28,488 nucleotides of DNA. Source: Myxococcales bacterium (GTDB lineage Bacteria; Myxococcota_A; UBA9042). The position numbers were made by a program, and so were the translations under genes. Below the pieces are notes generated by a model. That model did no database searches. It saw only the letters and a program-made list of their open reading frames with translations, and was not told the DNA's origin. Positions within the stretch are counted from its first letter, which is position 1. Each line of letters starts with the position of its first letter. The DNA is taken from contig JBBISH010000088.1 in NCBI GenBank assembly GCA_037441385.1, positions 1 through 28,488 of the forward strand, in the 5' to 3' direction. Below are positions 28,363 to 28,488 of this stretch, one piece after another.

Positions 28363-28488
28363 TATACGGTTTCCGTCCAAATCGGCTCGAAAACTTCGGC
28401 AATTCTTCGGGCCCGAACCGGGGTCCCCGCCTGATTCTCGCCGGTTGCAGACCGGGTCAGAGGAACCGTACAGGCGTGAATCAGACGG
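28363..28488 (-). mobile_element. MITE-like repeat family A, copy 4 (inverted, runs off the window edge)
   Basis: Starts TATACGGTTTCCGTCCAAATC; far end GAATCAGACGG is its imperfect inverted complement; reverse complement matches copy 1. Confidence 0.78.

Overview
High-GC bacterial chromosomal segment. Gene content suggests a Myxococcota/Deltaproteobacteria-like organism (inference). In order it holds: ftsE-ftsX-envC (-); a xanthine-dehydrogenase-type cluster (2Fe-2S subunit, FAD subunit, xdhC, MocA-like transferase) with no molybdopterin subunit; a secreted phage-tail-fibre-like mosaic protein; DUF1622; a hypothetical gene; an internally deleted class III adenylate cyclase; a putative outer-membrane protein; a 1439-aa metzincin lipoprotein; a frameshifted PilZ-Ser/Thr kinase; an acyltransferase, radical SAM protein, methyltransferase and M3 peptidase; a PAS hybrid histidine kinase; a lipoprotein; an FHA-GGDEF cyclase; and hutD. 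The main unannotated structure is non-coding: four diverged copies of a ~135-bp MITE-like element, mostly at stop codons, a ~100-bp direct repeat bracketing the histidine kinase, and a ~60-bp inverted-repeat element. I found no rRNA, tRNA, CRISPR array, transposase or integrase.
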